Part shown: piece by piece, positions 48,530-61,151 of the stretch
How positions within the stretch are numbered: the first letter of the stretch is position 1
Layout of the letters: each line of letters begins with the position of its first letter
Origin: an uncultured Thermoplasmata archaeon
GTDB lineage: Archaea; Thermoplasmatota; Thermoplasmata; Lutacidiplasmatales; UBA184
Reading direction: 5' to 3'
Assembly (NCBI GenBank): GCA_963809035.1
Contig: CAWEHV010000002.1
Coordinates: 2,240,361 to 2,304,360 of the forward strand
Length of the DNA stretch: 64,000 nt
Made by a program: the position numbers and the translations under genes
The notes under the pieces: generated by a model
Told to the model about the DNA's origin: nothing
Database searches by the model: none
What the model saw: the letters and a program-made list of their open reading frames with translations, nothing else

Positions 48530-51500
48530 ATGGCGCATTTCTCATGGTCGGCGGCAGCGCTCGTGATCGCTGCGGTTACGCTCCTCACCTTGCCGGGGAG
48601 CCTGGCGTCGGCCGGGGCCGGCCCTGGAGGTTTCCCCTCTCCCGGAGCTGGGCCATCGTCACCAATAGGCCCGAATGAGAACGCGACCCTGACCCTCGAG
48701 GCCGGTCACAACCTCTCGAGCTTGTTCTGGGGAACCACGGTCTCGCCGAGGGCCCGTCTGCTCCCCAACGAGGGGAGCCTGACGACCGGAACACCTGTGA
48801 GCGTGGTCGTGTGGCCGGGCGCGTTCGCGGGCGACGACTACGACCCGCTCGCCAACGACGCTCGGGGGGTCATCTGGACGAGCGGAAACCAGCAGACCAC
48901 GCCGTCCGTCAATGAGAGCCAGTTCGTGGCCTGGTGCCGCGCGATCAACTGCACCGCCATCTTCCAGGTCCCAGGAGAGATTGACAACCCGAGCATCGCC
49001 GCCGACATCGTCGCGTACACCGTGAATCAGACCTACACCGGTCCGGTGTGGGAGGGAGGAACGGAGGTCAACGTCACCATGCCGGGGTTGGACTTCCGGC
49101 CCGCGTACTGGGAGGTCGGCAACGAGCCGGCCCTGTGGCCGTTCTGGGACGAACCGTGGGGGGAGTGGAACCATTACCAGACACCGGACTCCGCCCAGTA
49201 TGCCCACGAGGAAAATGCGTACTTCCTCGCGATGGACGGGGCCAACCGCTCCTACCGGCCAGGGATCATCGGCCTTCCGGGGATCGGCAAGGCCAGCTCG
49301 CTCGATAATCCGAGCCAGTGGATCGACGACGTCCTCTCCCTGAACGGCCCCAACCTTTCGGGGGTCGCCACGCACATCTATCCCGCGCGCACCCTGCTGT
49401 CAGGCCAGAACGCCCTGGTGCAGTTCTACGACCAGATCGGGGCAACCGACGATAGCTCGCTGTACGCCCGGGTCGGTGACTTCGAGGTCCCGATCCTCGC
49501 AGCGTGCCGGACCTACACCTGCGGCCCGGACGCGAATGCCAGCCTCCCGATCTTCATCACGGAGGTGGGCACCTCCCTATCGCACTCGTCGTTCGGGGAT
49601 TACAGTCTCAGTTTCCCGGGGGCGCTGGGAATGGCCGTCGAAGGCATACAGGCGATGAGCCTGCCCAATGCGACGGTCGCTTCGTCCGACCTGTTCCAAT
49701 CGGTCGCGGACACGACCAACGGGTGGTTCAACAACTCCGGCGCGGCTCGACCCACCTACACGCTCTACACGCGCATCTTCTCGCACCTCGGGACGGACGT
49801 TTTCCCGGTGAACGTCACGGGCGACTCGAACCTCTCGGCCATCGCCACGGTCGCGGCCAGCGACGGCGATCGACGCGATCTCCTGGTCGCGAACTACAAC
49901 CTCACTACGAGCGCGACCTTTGGGACGGGGTTCATCAATCAGTCCTCGTTCGGCCAGGGGAGCGCCCCCCTCCCGACGTTCGCCCCGGAGGCCCCGGTCG
50001 AGGTCTGGGAGTGGAACGCCACTCCGCCGGCTTTCAACCATACCGTCGACCTGACCACCTCGGACCCGGCGACGCCGGTCCCCGTGGCGACCTACTACGA
50101 CCACGGTCTCCCGTCCAGTTGGACCCTCCCCCCCCAGTCCCTCGCCCTCTTCGAAACCTACAACGCCCTGGCCTACCCCGTGAACTTCACCGCCAACTTG
50201 ACCCCTCCGGGATCGATTCGGCTCGCGCACTGGTTCATCGACGTCGACGGCTGGCGCACGTCGTCCACTGAGGCGAGCCTCACGCTCCTCCTCCGCCCTG
50301 GCGAACACTCGGCCTTCGGCGTCCCGCTCCTGACTCCGGCGACCGGGACGGACCCCAAGTCCCGATGGAACCCCTACCTTCCACCCGTGCTGACGGTCGG
50401 AAACTCGTGGACGTGGGTCAACATCACGTTCGCCCGGCAGTGGGCGCTGAACCTCTCCTGGAACGCCAGCCGCGGGACCGTCCTCACCCAAGGTCGGAGC
50501 GGCGCGACGGGACTTCCCCCGGACGGGCAGATGAGCTGGGTCAACGACTCGGAGCCGATCAATTTGACATTCCAACCCTCCCCCGGTTACGCCTTCGACC
50601 GGTGGGATGGAGAAGGGGGCGGTAGCTTCAGCGGCTACAGCCCGATGGCGACCCTCGCGCCGACCAGCCCCCTAGAGGAGCAGGCCATCTTCCACCCCGG
50701 GACCGAGGTCACCTTCCGGGAGACCGGGCTGCCGGCCGGGACCCCCTGGTCCGTCTCGCTCCGTGGGTTCGAGCAAAACACCGCGAACCCCACTGACGTC
50801 TTTTACGAGGTCAACGGCAGCTGGGCGGATCAGGTCAACAACGTTTCCGGCTATCAGCTAATCACGCCCGGCCAGGGTGCGTGGTGGCAAAACACCCTCG
50901 TTGTGGCCAACACTTCGATGACCGTTCCGGTCCTGTACACGGCCCTGACGCCCCCCGCCCCATTCTACCCCGTCACGTTCACCGAGGTTGGGTTGCCCGA
51001 CGGCGCGAGCTGGGCCGTGACCGTGCGAAATGTATCGAATTCGGCGAACTCGCCGGGCCCCATCGCGTTCTCTGAACAGGCCGGGGCCTACGGATTCAGC
51101 TCCGGCGCAGCCGGGGGATACATCATCGTCACCCCGCTCCACTTCACGGTCGGAGACGGTTCGTTGTCGATCCAGGTCGATTTTGTGCCGCTCAATCGGG
51201 TCGTCTGGAACGAGACAGGGCTGGGGCCGGGGCTCATCTGGTCGGTACTGGTCAATGGGGCTGCTCTCCCGGATTCCGGGGGCTGGGTGGTCACGCACCT
51301 GTTCAACGGGTCCCATTCATTTACGATCCCGGGCGTACAGGACTACGTCCCTAACCCCCGTCTGGGAACCGTCGATTTGACGGGAAGCGGCACGACGATC
51401 GACGTGCGATTCGCCCGGGCGACATTCTCCGTCAAGTTTGCCGTGACCGGCCTCCCTACCGGAGCGGAATACCAGGTCCGTCTCTCGAACTCGAGTCAGC

Positions 51501-51793
51501 AAACGGCCCTCGACGCGTTCGGATTCGAAATCCCGAATGGCACGTACACGTTCGACGTCCACCCGCCGGCGGGGTACTATCCCTCCCCATCGCACGGTAC
51601 GGTGACGGTTCGCGGAAGCCCTACGGTCATCGTGATCGCCATCCTGCCCATCGGCCCCGGCCCGAATCCTCCCACGGCCACCCTGATCCTTTCGGCCACG
51701 ACCACCGCGGTCGCGCTCAGCCTCGGAGGGGCGGGCGCCTTCCTCCTCTTGGGCGCAATCCGCCGTCGACGGGCCCAAAGCAGCTTGGCTTAG
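48530..51793 (+). CDS. Giant surface glycoprotein paralog 1: signal peptide, clan GH-A-like (beta/alpha)8 glycosidase domain + beta-sandwich, repeated GLPxGTxW modules, C-terminal TM anchor
   Basis: 1087 aa. Signal peptide MAHFSWSAAALVIAAVTLLTLPGSLASA. AYWEVGNEP (acid/base NEP) and IFITEVG (nucleophile TE). Repeats such as VTFRETGLPAGTPWSVSL and VTFTEVGLPDGASWAVTV. About 30 N-x-S/T sequons by eye. C-terminus LSLGGAGAFLLLGAIRRRR. Confidence 0.85.
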   Translation: MAHFSWSAAALVIAAVTLLTLPGSLASAGAGPGGFPSPGAGPSSPIGPNENATLTLEAGHNLSSLFWGTTVSPRARLLPNEGSLTTGTPVSVVVWPGAFAGDDYDPLANDARGVIWTSGNQQTTPSVNESQFVAWCRAINCTAIFQVPGEIDNPSIAADIVAYTVNQTYTGPVWEGGTEVNVTMPGLDFRPAYWEVGNEPALWPFWDEPWGEWNHYQTPDSAQYAHEENAYFLAMDGANRSYRPGIIGLPGIGKASSLDNPSQWIDDVLSLNGPNLSGVATHIYPARTLLSGQNALVQFYDQIGATDDSSLYARVGDFEVPILAACRTYTCGPDANASLPIFITEVGTSLSHSSFGDYSLSFPGALGMAVEGIQAMSLPNATVASSDLFQSVADTTNGWFNNSGAARPTYTLYTRIFSHLGTDVFPVNVTGDSNLSAIATVAASDGDRRDLLVANYNLTTSATFGTGFINQSSFGQGSAPLPTFAPEAPVEVWEWNATPPAFNHTVDLTTSDPATPVPVATYYDHGLPSSWTLPPQSLALFETYNALAYPVNFTANLTPPGSIRLAHWFIDVDGWRTSSTEASLTLLLRPGEHSAFGVPLLTPATGTDPKSRWNPYLPPVLTVGNSWTWVNITFARQWALNLSWNASRGTVLTQGRSGATGLPPDGQMSWVNDSEPINLTFQPSPGYAFDRWDGEGGGSFSGYSPMATLAPTSPLEEQAIFHPGTEVTFRETGLPAGTPWSVSLRGFEQNTANPTDVFYEVNGSWADQVNNVSGYQLITPGQGAWWQNTLVVANTSMTVPVLYTALTPPAPFYPVTFTEVGLPDGASWAVTVRNVSNSANSPGPIAFSEQAGAYGFSSGAAGGYIIVTPLHFTVGDGSLSIQVDFVPLNRVVWNETGLGPGLIWSVLVNGAALPDSGGWVVTHLFNGSHSFTIPGVQDYVPNPRLGTVDLTGSGTTIDVRFARATFSVKFAVTGLPTGAEYQVRLSNSSQQTALDAFGFEIPNGTYTFDVHPPAGYYPSPSHGTVTVRGSPTVIVIAILPIGPGPNPPTATLILSATTTAVALSLGGAGAFLLLGAIRRRRAQSSLA

Positions 51794-51854
51794 TCGCTGG
51801 GCGTCGTTCCCCGACTGGGGAGCCCACCCGGGTCGTACTGGAATAGCCCGCCCC

Positions 51855-51902
51855 TGTCTCACTTTGAGGGAGGGATTATCCTCCGGTCGGTAGTTCTAAT
51901 AC
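51855..51902 (+). promoter_or_regulatory. Conserved upstream element copy 2 (TGTCTCACTTTGAG ... TAATAC)
   Basis: Box ~86 nt and an A/T hexamer ~46 nt before ATG 51943. Nearly identical to copy 4. Confidence 0.4.
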
Positions 51903-51942
51903 GCAATTCGGTTCCCCGGGGGCAGCGCCGGGTTGCCAAATC

Positions 51943-54900
51943 ATGCGGTCCTCATGGCTAGTGGTAACGCTCGCCCTCACCACCCTAGGGATCCTCACGC
52001 TGCCGGGCGTTCTCGCCAGCGGGGGGGCCGGTCCCGGAAGTTCTTCGCCGCCCGGGGGGGCGGGCGTGCCCGGTTCGAGTCTGACCATCAACGCCTACCT
52101 CACCTTGGGGAACGGGGCCAGCAACCTCACGTCCCCGATCCTCCTCGGCAGTACGGTCACCCCCCGAGCCCCGCTACTCCCTAACCAGGCCGCCCTCGTG
52201 AACGCCACGCCCCAAGGGGCGATCGTCTGGCCGGGCGGGAACGCCGGAGACACCCTCAACCCGCTCGGCAGCAACGGCACGGGAATCCTGTATACCAGCG
52301 ATGGCCAATTCGTTCATCCGGAGACTAACGAGAGCGAGTTCGTGGCCTGGTGTCGTTCGATCAACTGCACCGCCATCTTCCAGGTCCCCGGGGAGCTCAA
52401 TAATTCTGCCATCGCCAGAGACATCGTGGCCTACACGGTGAACACCACTTATTCGGGCCCAATCTGGGGCTATGAGACAAACATTACCAAAGGAAAGGGC
52501 GACCCTCTGGGAATCGAACGCAACGTCACAAATTTCCCAGGGCTGGACTTCCGGCCCGCGTACTGGGAAATTGGTAACGAGCCCGTCTTTTGGCACCATT
52601 GGAACCAGCCTTGGGGCGCCACGTACGACACCGGTAATGTCAGCGCAACCGTGTACGGTCAGCTGGTCGAGTCCTACGAACTCGCGATGGACCAGGCCAA
52701 CACCACTTACACCGCGAAGATCCTGGCCCCGCCCGGAATTGGGAGCGGCGCGCCCCCCACCCCTTGGATCAATGCCATCCTCAATGACACCGGAGGAAAC
52801 CTCGCTGGCGTCGCCATGCACAATTACGCGGCTGGTACTGGTGACCCGAACGGAGGGATCAACGAGCCGGGGAGCATCGCGCAATTTGAGAAGTCGTTCG
52901 CCCCGAAAGCCGGGCTGTATAGCAGCATTCAAACCGAGGCGGCTCAAATCCGGAGCCTCTGCCATATGTACGGCCGGAACTGTACCCTCCCCCTGTTTGT
53001 CACGGAGGTCGGCCCCGCGCTCTCCCACGGGGGGTACGGCCCCTTTAGCGCCACATTCCCGGGCGCCCTCTCCGTGGCCGACCAGGCCATCCAGGCGATG
53101 GACTTCAGCGCCTCCACGCTCGTTACCACGAATATATTCTCGACCGTGTCCGACTCCGCCAACTCTTGGTTCAGCCTCAATGGTTCGGCCCGACCTTCCT
53201 ATACGGTTTACAGCCAGGTCCTGAACCACCTCGGGAACGACGCGTTTCCGGTCCGCGCGACCAACGGAGTCGTCACTAGAGGCACGGATCAGACGCTGAA
53301 CGCCCTCGCCACCATCGCGCCGAACGACAGCGACCGCCACGATCTCCTCGTCGTGAACACCAACGTGAGCAGTCCGTCCGTCTTCAGCACGAACTTCATC
53401 AACAGCTCGTACGTTCTCTCCACAAGCCCGGCCTTCCCGGCCACCTTTAAGAACGGCGCCCCCGTCGAGGTTTGGGAATGGAGCGGGTACAACGTCACCG
53501 TCTGGGCCCAAACCTCGCAGGACAACCACACGGTGCTCTACAACACGTCCGATCCGGCGACGCCGGTCCCCATTCCCTTCTACTATCCTCACGGCCTACC
53601 GCCCATCTTTTCGGTTCCCCCGTTGTCCCTCGCCCTCTTCGAGACCTACAACGCACCGGCCTACCCGGTCCAGTTCGAGGAGAGCGGCCTCAGCTTGGCC
53701 CCACCGAACCTGAGCGCTCCGAACCTGACCGCTCGCTGGTTCCTCGACGTCGACGGCACGAATACTTCCACGAACGCGACCAATATCACCCTCCTGCTGC
53801 CCCCAGGTAATTATCCGACCTCCGCTGTCCCGATACTCACCCCGACCCCGGGGCATGTGCTCGTCCCGAAAGAACGGTACCTCCCCGTCCTCCCCTCCAC
53901 CACGGTGGTGGGGAACTCGCCGACGACCGTCATCGTGTCCTACATCCGGCAATGGGCGCTCAACATCTCATGGAACACCAGCCGGGGCACCGTGGCGGCC
54001 ACGAACCTCGGCAGCGGGATCGGACCACCCCCGACTTGGTGGAATGCCTCCCAACCGCTCACCCTGAAGTTCCGTCCGCAGCCCGACTTCGCCCTCGACG
54101 TATGGGCTGGGGAGGGAGGCGGGAGCTTCACCGGTTACAGCATAGAAGCGACGATCGCTCCCACCAGTCCAGTAGGGGAGCAGGCTATCTTCGAGCCTGG
54201 GAACACCGTGACCTTTTCGGAGACCGGACTTCCAACCGGCACTCCTTGGAACGCCTCGCTGAGGGGCCTCAACGCGACCTCGACCAACAGCTCGATCGTC
54301 TTCAACGAGATCAACAGTAACCTCACCACGAATCGCGGCTGGGGGTACGAGGTCAGCAACGTGACAGTCCGGAACGTCGCCACGGGCAACCTAACGACGT
54401 ATCGCGTCGAGCGGACTCTGGCGAACGTGACGGTGGACAACGCCCCCGTTACGGTCCCGGTCACCTTTGACGAGCTCTTCCCGATCACGCTTATCGAGAC
54501 GGGATTGCCCATGGGAACCGAATGGAACGCGACGGTCGCCGGTGGGTCCGCCGTCCAGGCCAGCGGCACCTCCTTCGGGGATTCCATCGCCCTCAGCGAA
54601 GCCAACTCGACGGTAAACCACGCCTGGGGGCTCGAGGTCCCCCGGGTCTTTCCGCCCGGTTCCCCGGGTACCGCCCGCAGCTCACTCTGCCGAACGGGAC
54701 CCTAGTCAACGGCTCGGCGGCGAGCGTGGTCCTGAAGGGGAGTCCGCTGACCGTTCGGGTCCATTTCATCTTGCTCACGCCGCCCGCGACCCGCTACCCC
54801 ATCACCTTCATCGAGACGAACCTCATCCCAGGTACGAACTGGTCGGTGACCGTGGCCAACGGAACGAGCGTGGCCAGTACCGGATGGTCGACGTCGGCCA

Positions 54901-56510
54901 CGCTCCTCCTTTGGGAACCGAATTCCACCTTGAACGCGTGGGGATTCACGGCCAGCGCTCTCCACTACCGCTTCAACGCGACGGCGGATTCGTCCGTGGT
55001 CGTCGCAGGCGCGCCCGCCCAAGCCACCGTGAACTTCCAGCTTCTCTTCTCGATCACGTTCAAGGAACAAGGACTCCCGCTCCCCTACGACCCGCCCACC
55101 GGCTGGAACGTGTCCCTGGCCACTGGCAACCCTGGCAACCCTGCCAACCCTGGCAACCTCGCGTTGGCCCAGAACGGGTCGTCGACCTCGCAAACCATCG
55201 TCCTCTGGGAACCGAACAGCACGATTAGAAGCGGGAAGAATCCGGGGTATGGTTACCTCGCCAACGCGGGACCGGAGTACCACTTCGAACGAATCCTCCC
55301 GCTCATCTACATCGACGGGTCGGATGTTACCGTCTCGATCATCTTCGACCTGCTCACGGAGTCGACGTTCGTAGAAACCGGGCTCCTGCCGGGGACCCCC
55401 TGGCCCCTCGAGGTCAAGGGGTTCACGGGGCCGGAGTGGAACAACGGCAGCTGGACGGAGAAGAACTTCTTCGAGACCCCCGGCGACTGGGGGTACTCGA
55501 TCGGCGACGCGACCTCGCTCAATGCCACGGGAGTCCTCACGAAATACCACGTCATGGTAATGGGGCCCCAAGGGACGGAGGTCGCCACGCACAATGGCAG
55601 CTTTACGGTAAACCAGTCGGCCGTCACGGTTACCATCTCGTTCTTCCCGTTCCCGTACTATCCGGTGACGTTCACCGAGCAGGGGCTCCCCTCCGACGCG
55701 ACCTGGCACGTGACCGTCCGCAACGTCACCGAGGTGGGGAACGACGCCCATCCGATCCTGTTCGTCGAACAGAACGGGAGCTACGGGTTCTTTGCGGGCG
55801 CGGCCGGGGGCTACAACGTGTCGTCCGCCCTGTACTTTGACGTCAGCGGGGTCCCCGTGTCGGTCACGGTGGTCTTCGTCCCGCTCAACAAGGTGATCTG
55901 GGAGGAGACCGGCCTCGGACCCAACCTCACGTGGTCGGTGCTCCTCAACAGTTCGCAGGTGCTCGCCGCCCACGTCGGATGGACGACGGTGCGCGAGTTC
56001 AACGGAACCGGCTTCAGTTTCACCATCCCGGTCGTCCAGGCGGTGACCGGGGGCCCAGCCTACGTCCCGAGTCCCCGGGTGGGGACGTTCGACCTGACGG
56101 GGGTTGGCCTCATCATCGAAGTGCACTTCATCCTGGTGACGTACGAGGTGACCGTGACCGTGACCGGCCTTCCGAGCGGCGACCAGTACCGGATCTCGCT
56201 ATCGAATGTCACGGAGACGACGACGCTCCTCTCCTTCTCCCTCGCGCGACCCAACGGTACGTGGTCGTTCGACATCGTCCCCCCGACGGGCTTCTACGGT
56301 TCTCCCCAGGGCGGCAAGTTGAACGTGACCGGACACTCCGTCGTGCAGACGATCTCCATCCTCGTCATCGGTCGGGGCCCGACCCCTCCTATCTGGACCC
56401 TCGTCTTGCCATCGGCGACGACGGCGATCGTGCTCGGCCTCTCGGGAGCGGGAATGTTCGCGCTGTTGGGGTCGACCCGGCGCCGAGGGTCCCAAAACCG
56501 GTCGGCGTAG
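51943..56510 (+). pseudogene. Giant surface glycoprotein paralog 2, reading frame broken by a 1-nt deficit in the C4G3 run at ~54662-54668
   Basis: Track ORFs 51943..54705 and 54522..56510 join as ...WGLEVPRVFPPGSPG|YRPQLTLPNGTLVNGS..., collinear with paralog 3 (...WGFQVPYVYPPTTPGFRPTHIDWNGKNV...). Has WEIGNEP and LFVTEVG, a signal peptide and a C-terminal TM anchor. Confidence 0.8.
55125..55160 (+). repeat. In-frame 9-bp tandem repeat, 4 units (GGCAACCCT-like), encoding (GNP)n
   Basis: ggcaaccct ggcaaccct gccaaccct ggcaacctc, read directly. Absent from the equivalent position of paralog 3. Confidence 0.8.
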
Positions 56511-56523
56511 TCTCGCCTTGCGG
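56163..56523 (+). repeat. Near-identical 361-nt tract shared with 60803..61164 (3' end of paralogs 2 and 3)
   Basis: I find only three differences by eye (one extra C in copy 3, one T/C, one G/C). Flanking paralogous sequence is clearly more diverged. Confidence 0.85.
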
Positions 56524-56529
56524 CCCCTC

Positions 56530-56577
56530 CGCCTCACTTTGAGAAGGGGATCACCCTCGGGTCGGAAGGTGTTTTAC
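56530..56577 (+). promoter_or_regulatory. Conserved upstream element copy 3 (CGCCTCACTTTGAG ... TTTTAC)
   Basis: Box ~85 nt and an A/T hexamer ~46 nt before the TTG start at 56618. Confidence 0.35.
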
Positions 56578-56617
56578 GTCACATGGACTAGCGGAAGCAG
56601 CCCCGGATTACCCGATC

Positions 56618-59600
56618 TTGAGATCTTCTTCATGGCTCGTAGTCACACTCGCAATCACCACGGTAGGGATTCTCACCCTGCCAGGTGCCTTTGCCAGCGG
56701 AGGCGCCAATCTAGGAGGTTCTTCGCCTCCCGCAGGAGGGGGCGTCCCCGGTTCCAACATGGCCATCGACGCCTTCCTCACATTGGGCAACGGGTCCGGC
56801 AACTTGACGTCCCCGATCCTCCTTGGGACCACGGTCACCCCCCGAGCCCCGATACTCCCGAACCAAGACGGCCTCCTCAGCGCCACGCCGGGCGGTGCGG
56901 TCGTCTGGCCGGGCGGTAACGCCGGCGACGACCTCAACCCACTCGGCAACTACACGGCCGGGGCCAGGAACGGAACGGGAGGTGTGACGGGAGTCATGTA
57001 TACCTCCGGGGACAAATGGGTTGTCCCGGAGACTCGCGAGAGCGCCTTCGTAGCCTGGTGTCGGTCGATCAGCTGCACCGCCATCTTCCAGGTCCCCGGG
57101 GAGCTCAACGATCCCACCATCGCCCGAGACATCGTAGCCTACACCGTGAACAAGACCTACACCGGCCCCGTATGGACCAACGAGACGGAGCCGGGTAACG
57201 GTGGAAATGGCAATCCTCGGGGAATCGAACGTACCGAGACCATGCCGGGGCTGGATTTCCGACCGGCGTACTGGGAAGTTGGTAACGAACCTGGGCTCTG
57301 GAGCCATTGGGATCAGCCTTGGGGGGCCCGGACCGGCGCCGTGAGCGTTACCCCCGCAGAGTACGGCCAAGTGGTCGAGTCCTACAAGCTCGCGATGGAC
57401 CAAGCCAACTCATCCTACACTGCGAACATCATCGCCCCCCCGGGGGTCGGGGGTAAGGCGGAGGCCGGGGGCTGGCTCGATGACATCCTTAACGACACCG
57501 GAGGGAACCTCGCGGGAGTCGGCATGCATGCGTACATTATTGGCAGCAACGCCTGGACCAATACTACCACGGCACCGTCCATGGCGCGGTTCGTCCAGTC
57601 CATCACCGCTCCGAGCGGCCTTCACACGCGCATCCAGGGGCAGGCGTCCACCATCGCGCAGGCATGCCATTCGTTCGGCCTGGGCTGCAATCTGCCGATA
57701 TTCGTCACGGAAGTAGGCAACGGTCTTTCCCACTGGCCGTACGGCACTTATAGCGCAACATTCCCGGGTGCCCTCGGTGTGACGATCGAGGCCATCCAGG
57801 CGATGGACTTCCCCGCCTCCACGATCATGACCACGAACGTGTTCTCGACGGTGTCCGACTCGAACAATTCTTGGTTTAACCTCAGCGGCGCGGTCCGGCC
57901 GAGCTATACCGCCTACAGCCAGATCTTGAACCATCTCGGGAACGACGCGTTTCCGGTCAGCACGTTCAACGAGACCAATGGTGTCAAGAACCGACTGGAA
58001 GATTCGACGCTCACTGCCATTGCCACCATCGCGCTCAACGACCGCGACCGCCGCGATCTGCTCGTTGTGAACACCAACGTGAACCAACCGGCCAATTTTA
58101 GCACGGCCTTCATCAACAGCTCGGACGTTTCGTTCAGCAGCCCGAGCTTCCCGGCGACGTTCAAGAGCGGCAGCCCGGTCGAGGTCTGGGAGTGGAGTGG
58201 GCAGAGGGCCCACGTCTTCGCCAGGAACAAGGTCGAACAGAACGGGGCGAACTACACTACGTTAGATCCGACCCCCCCGGGCCCGGTTCCCACCTATTAC
58301 CCCAACGGTCTGCCCGCCAACTTTTCGATCCCCGCGATGTCCCTCGCCCTCTTCGAGACCTACAACGCACCGGCCTACCCGGTCCAGTTTGAGGAGAAGG
58401 GCCTCAGCCTGGCTCCATCGAACCTGACCGCTCACTGGTTCCTCGACGTCGACGGCAGGAACACTTCCACGAACGCGACCAATATCACGCTCCTGTTGCC
58501 CCCCGGTAGTTACCCGACTTCCGGAACCCCGGTGCTCGTTCCGACTCCGGGCTCCGTGCTCGTCCCGAAAGAACGGTACTACCCCGTCCTCCCCTCCACC
58601 ACGGTGGTGGGGAACTCGCCGACGACCGTCATCGTGTCCTACATCCAGCAATGGGCGCTCAACATCTCCTGGGACCATAGCCGGGGCACCGTGGTGGCCA
58701 CGGACCTCGGCAGCGGCGTAGGACCACCTCCGACCTGGTGGAATGCTTCCGAACCGCTCACCCTGCAGTTCCATGCCAACGATTCGAACGCGAGGTACGC
58801 CTACGCCTTCGACCGGTGGGACGGAGAAGGGAACGGTAACTATAGCGGCTACAACGTTACGGCCACGCTCGATCCGACCGGCCCCGTGGAAGAGCAGGCC
58901 ATCTTCCTCCGCGGGTACGCCGTCAACTTCTCGGAGAGGGGCCTACCGTCGGGAACTCCGTGGAACGTCTCGTTGAGGGGCCTCAACGCGAACCCAACCA
59001 GCTCCTCGACTACATTCTACGAGATCGACGGCCAATGGCCATACCAAGTGAACAACGTCACCGTCCCGAACCCCACCACGGGCAATCTCACCACGTACCG
59101 AGCCGATCACAACACAGTGCCGGGACAATCGTGGGGGGACGTCAACGTGCAGAACAGCTCCGTGAACGTCCCGGTCAATTTCTCCGAGCTCTACCCGATC
59201 ACGTTCACCGAACAGGGATTACCAACGGGGGTCAATTGGAGTGTCATCGTGGCCAACGATTCAACCGTGCAAACGGGGGGCGATACGTCCGGCCATTCCA
59301 TCGTCGTGAACGAAGCCGACGGGAACTGGGGCTTTCAGGTTCCGTATGTCTACCCACCCACCACCCCGGGGTTCCGTCCGACCCATATCGATTGGAACGG
59401 AAAGAACGTGAGCAGTACCGGGGGCAACGTTACGTTGAATGGAGCTCCGACGTCGGTCCAGATCACGTTTGTCGAGCTCACGCCCAACGCCACCCGTTAT
59501 CCGGTCTACTTCACCGAGACGAACCTCGCCCCCGGCACCCTCTGGACCGTGACCGTGGCTAACAGATCGGACGTAGCCACCACGAACTCGTCCACCACCC

Positions 59601-61151
59601 AGACATTGATCGTCTGGGAAAAGGACGGTAAATGGGGATTCACTGCTTCCGCCGTGGGATACCACTTCGATCGAACGCAGGGGTTCTTCACCGTGAACAA
59701 CGCCAGCGCGTCGGTCGCCGTCGACTTCGAGTACCTCTATCGTATCACCTTCGAGGAGACGGGCCTTCCGCTCCCCTACGACCCTCCCCGCGGCTGGAAC
59801 GTCTCGGTGGCCACCGAGAACCCCTTGGAAACGAATGGCTCGTCGACGGGTTCCTCCCTCGTTCTCGAGGAGCCGAACGGGACCTGGGGGTACCTCGCCA
59901 ACGCGGGACCCGAGTACCACTTCAACCGAACTCTCGCGGACATCACCATCGCGGGCTCGGATGTCACCGTCTCGGTCGTCTTCGACCTGCTCACGGAGTC
60001 CACCTTTGAGGAGAGCGGACTGCTGCCGGGCACCGCGTGGCCCCTCGAAGTCCACGGGTTCGACGGGGCGAGCTGGAACAACAACAGCACAGTGATCAAG
60101 AACTTCTTCGAGACGAACGGCACCTGGGGGTACGTGATCGGGAATGCGACGACCCTCAACGCCACGGGCGTTCTCACGAAGTACCACGTCGTGCGAACGG
60201 AGTGGAACGGGACCGAGGCTCAGGGGCCCGGCGGGAATTACACCGTAGACGGGGCCAACATCACGATCCACATCGAGTTCCTCCCGCTCCCGTACCTCCC
60301 CATCACGTTCACTGAGGTCGGGCTCCCCTCCGGCACGACCTGGAGCGTGACGATGCGCAACGTCTCCAACTCGACGGGCGCCCCCGACCCGATCCTGTTC
60401 CGGGAGCAAGCCGGGCTGTACGGGTTCTCCGCGGGGGCGGCCGGGGGCTACAACGTCTCCTCGTCGCTCTACTTCAATGATACCGGCCGCACCTCGATGT
60501 TGATCACGGTCGACTTCGTCCCGGGCAACCACGTGATCTGGGAGGAGACCGGCCTCGGACCCAACCTCTCCTGGTCGGTCCTCCTCAACGGCTCGGAGGA
60601 CCTGCCCGCCAAAGGAGGGTGGGCGAATATTCGCGAGTTCAATGGCACCGGCTACTCCTACAACATCCCGGTGGTGCAGGCGTATCCCGGGGGTCCGGCC
60701 TATGTCCCGAGTCCCCGGCTGGGAACGATCGACCTTACCGGTAGCGGACGGATCCTCAACATTCATTTCATCCTGGTCACCTATGAGGTGACCCTGGTCC
60801 TCACCGGCCTTCCGAGCGGCGACCAGTACCCGGATCTCGCTATCGAATGTCACGGAGACGACGACGCTCCTCTCCCTCTCCCTCGCGCGACCCAACGGTA
60901 CGTGGTCGTTCGACATCGTCCCCCCGACGGGCTTCTACGGTTCTCCCCAGGGCGGCAAGTTGAACGTGACCGGACACTCCGTCGTCCAGACGATCTCCAT
61001 CCTCGTCATCGGTCGGGGCCCGACCCCTCCTATCTGGACCCTCGTCTTGCCATCGGCGACGACGGCGATCGTGCTCGGCCTCTCGGGAGCGGGAATGTTC
61101 GCGCTGTTGGGGTCGACCCGGCGCCGAGGGTCCCAAAACCGGTCGGCGTAG
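56618..61151 (+). pseudogene. Giant surface glycoprotein paralog 3, 1-nt insertion (CCC at 60829-60831 vs CC in paralog 2) shifts the last ~110 codons
   Basis: As written, the ORF runs 56618..61183 with an Arg/Pro-rich nonsense tail. Track ORF 60960..61151 carries the correct-frame TM anchor, identical to that of paralog 2. Has WEVGNEP and IFVTEVG. Apparent TTG start (LRSSSWLVVTLAI...). Confidence 0.8.

Noticed and set aside
54662-60831. Phase variation by slipped-strand mispairing at the surface-gene frameshift sites
   Set aside because: The tracts are only 2-4 nt long (C4G3, CC/CCC), far shorter than the homopolymers known to drive phase variation. Errors or ordinary mutations are more parsimonious.
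52174-60916. Long minus-strand ORFs (52174..53592, 54702..56126, 57410..58213, 59261..60916) opposite the surface-protein genes
   Set aside because: They are antisense to ORFs with signal peptides, catalytic motifs and paralog conservation. The translations are Arg/Gly/Asp-rich without structure.
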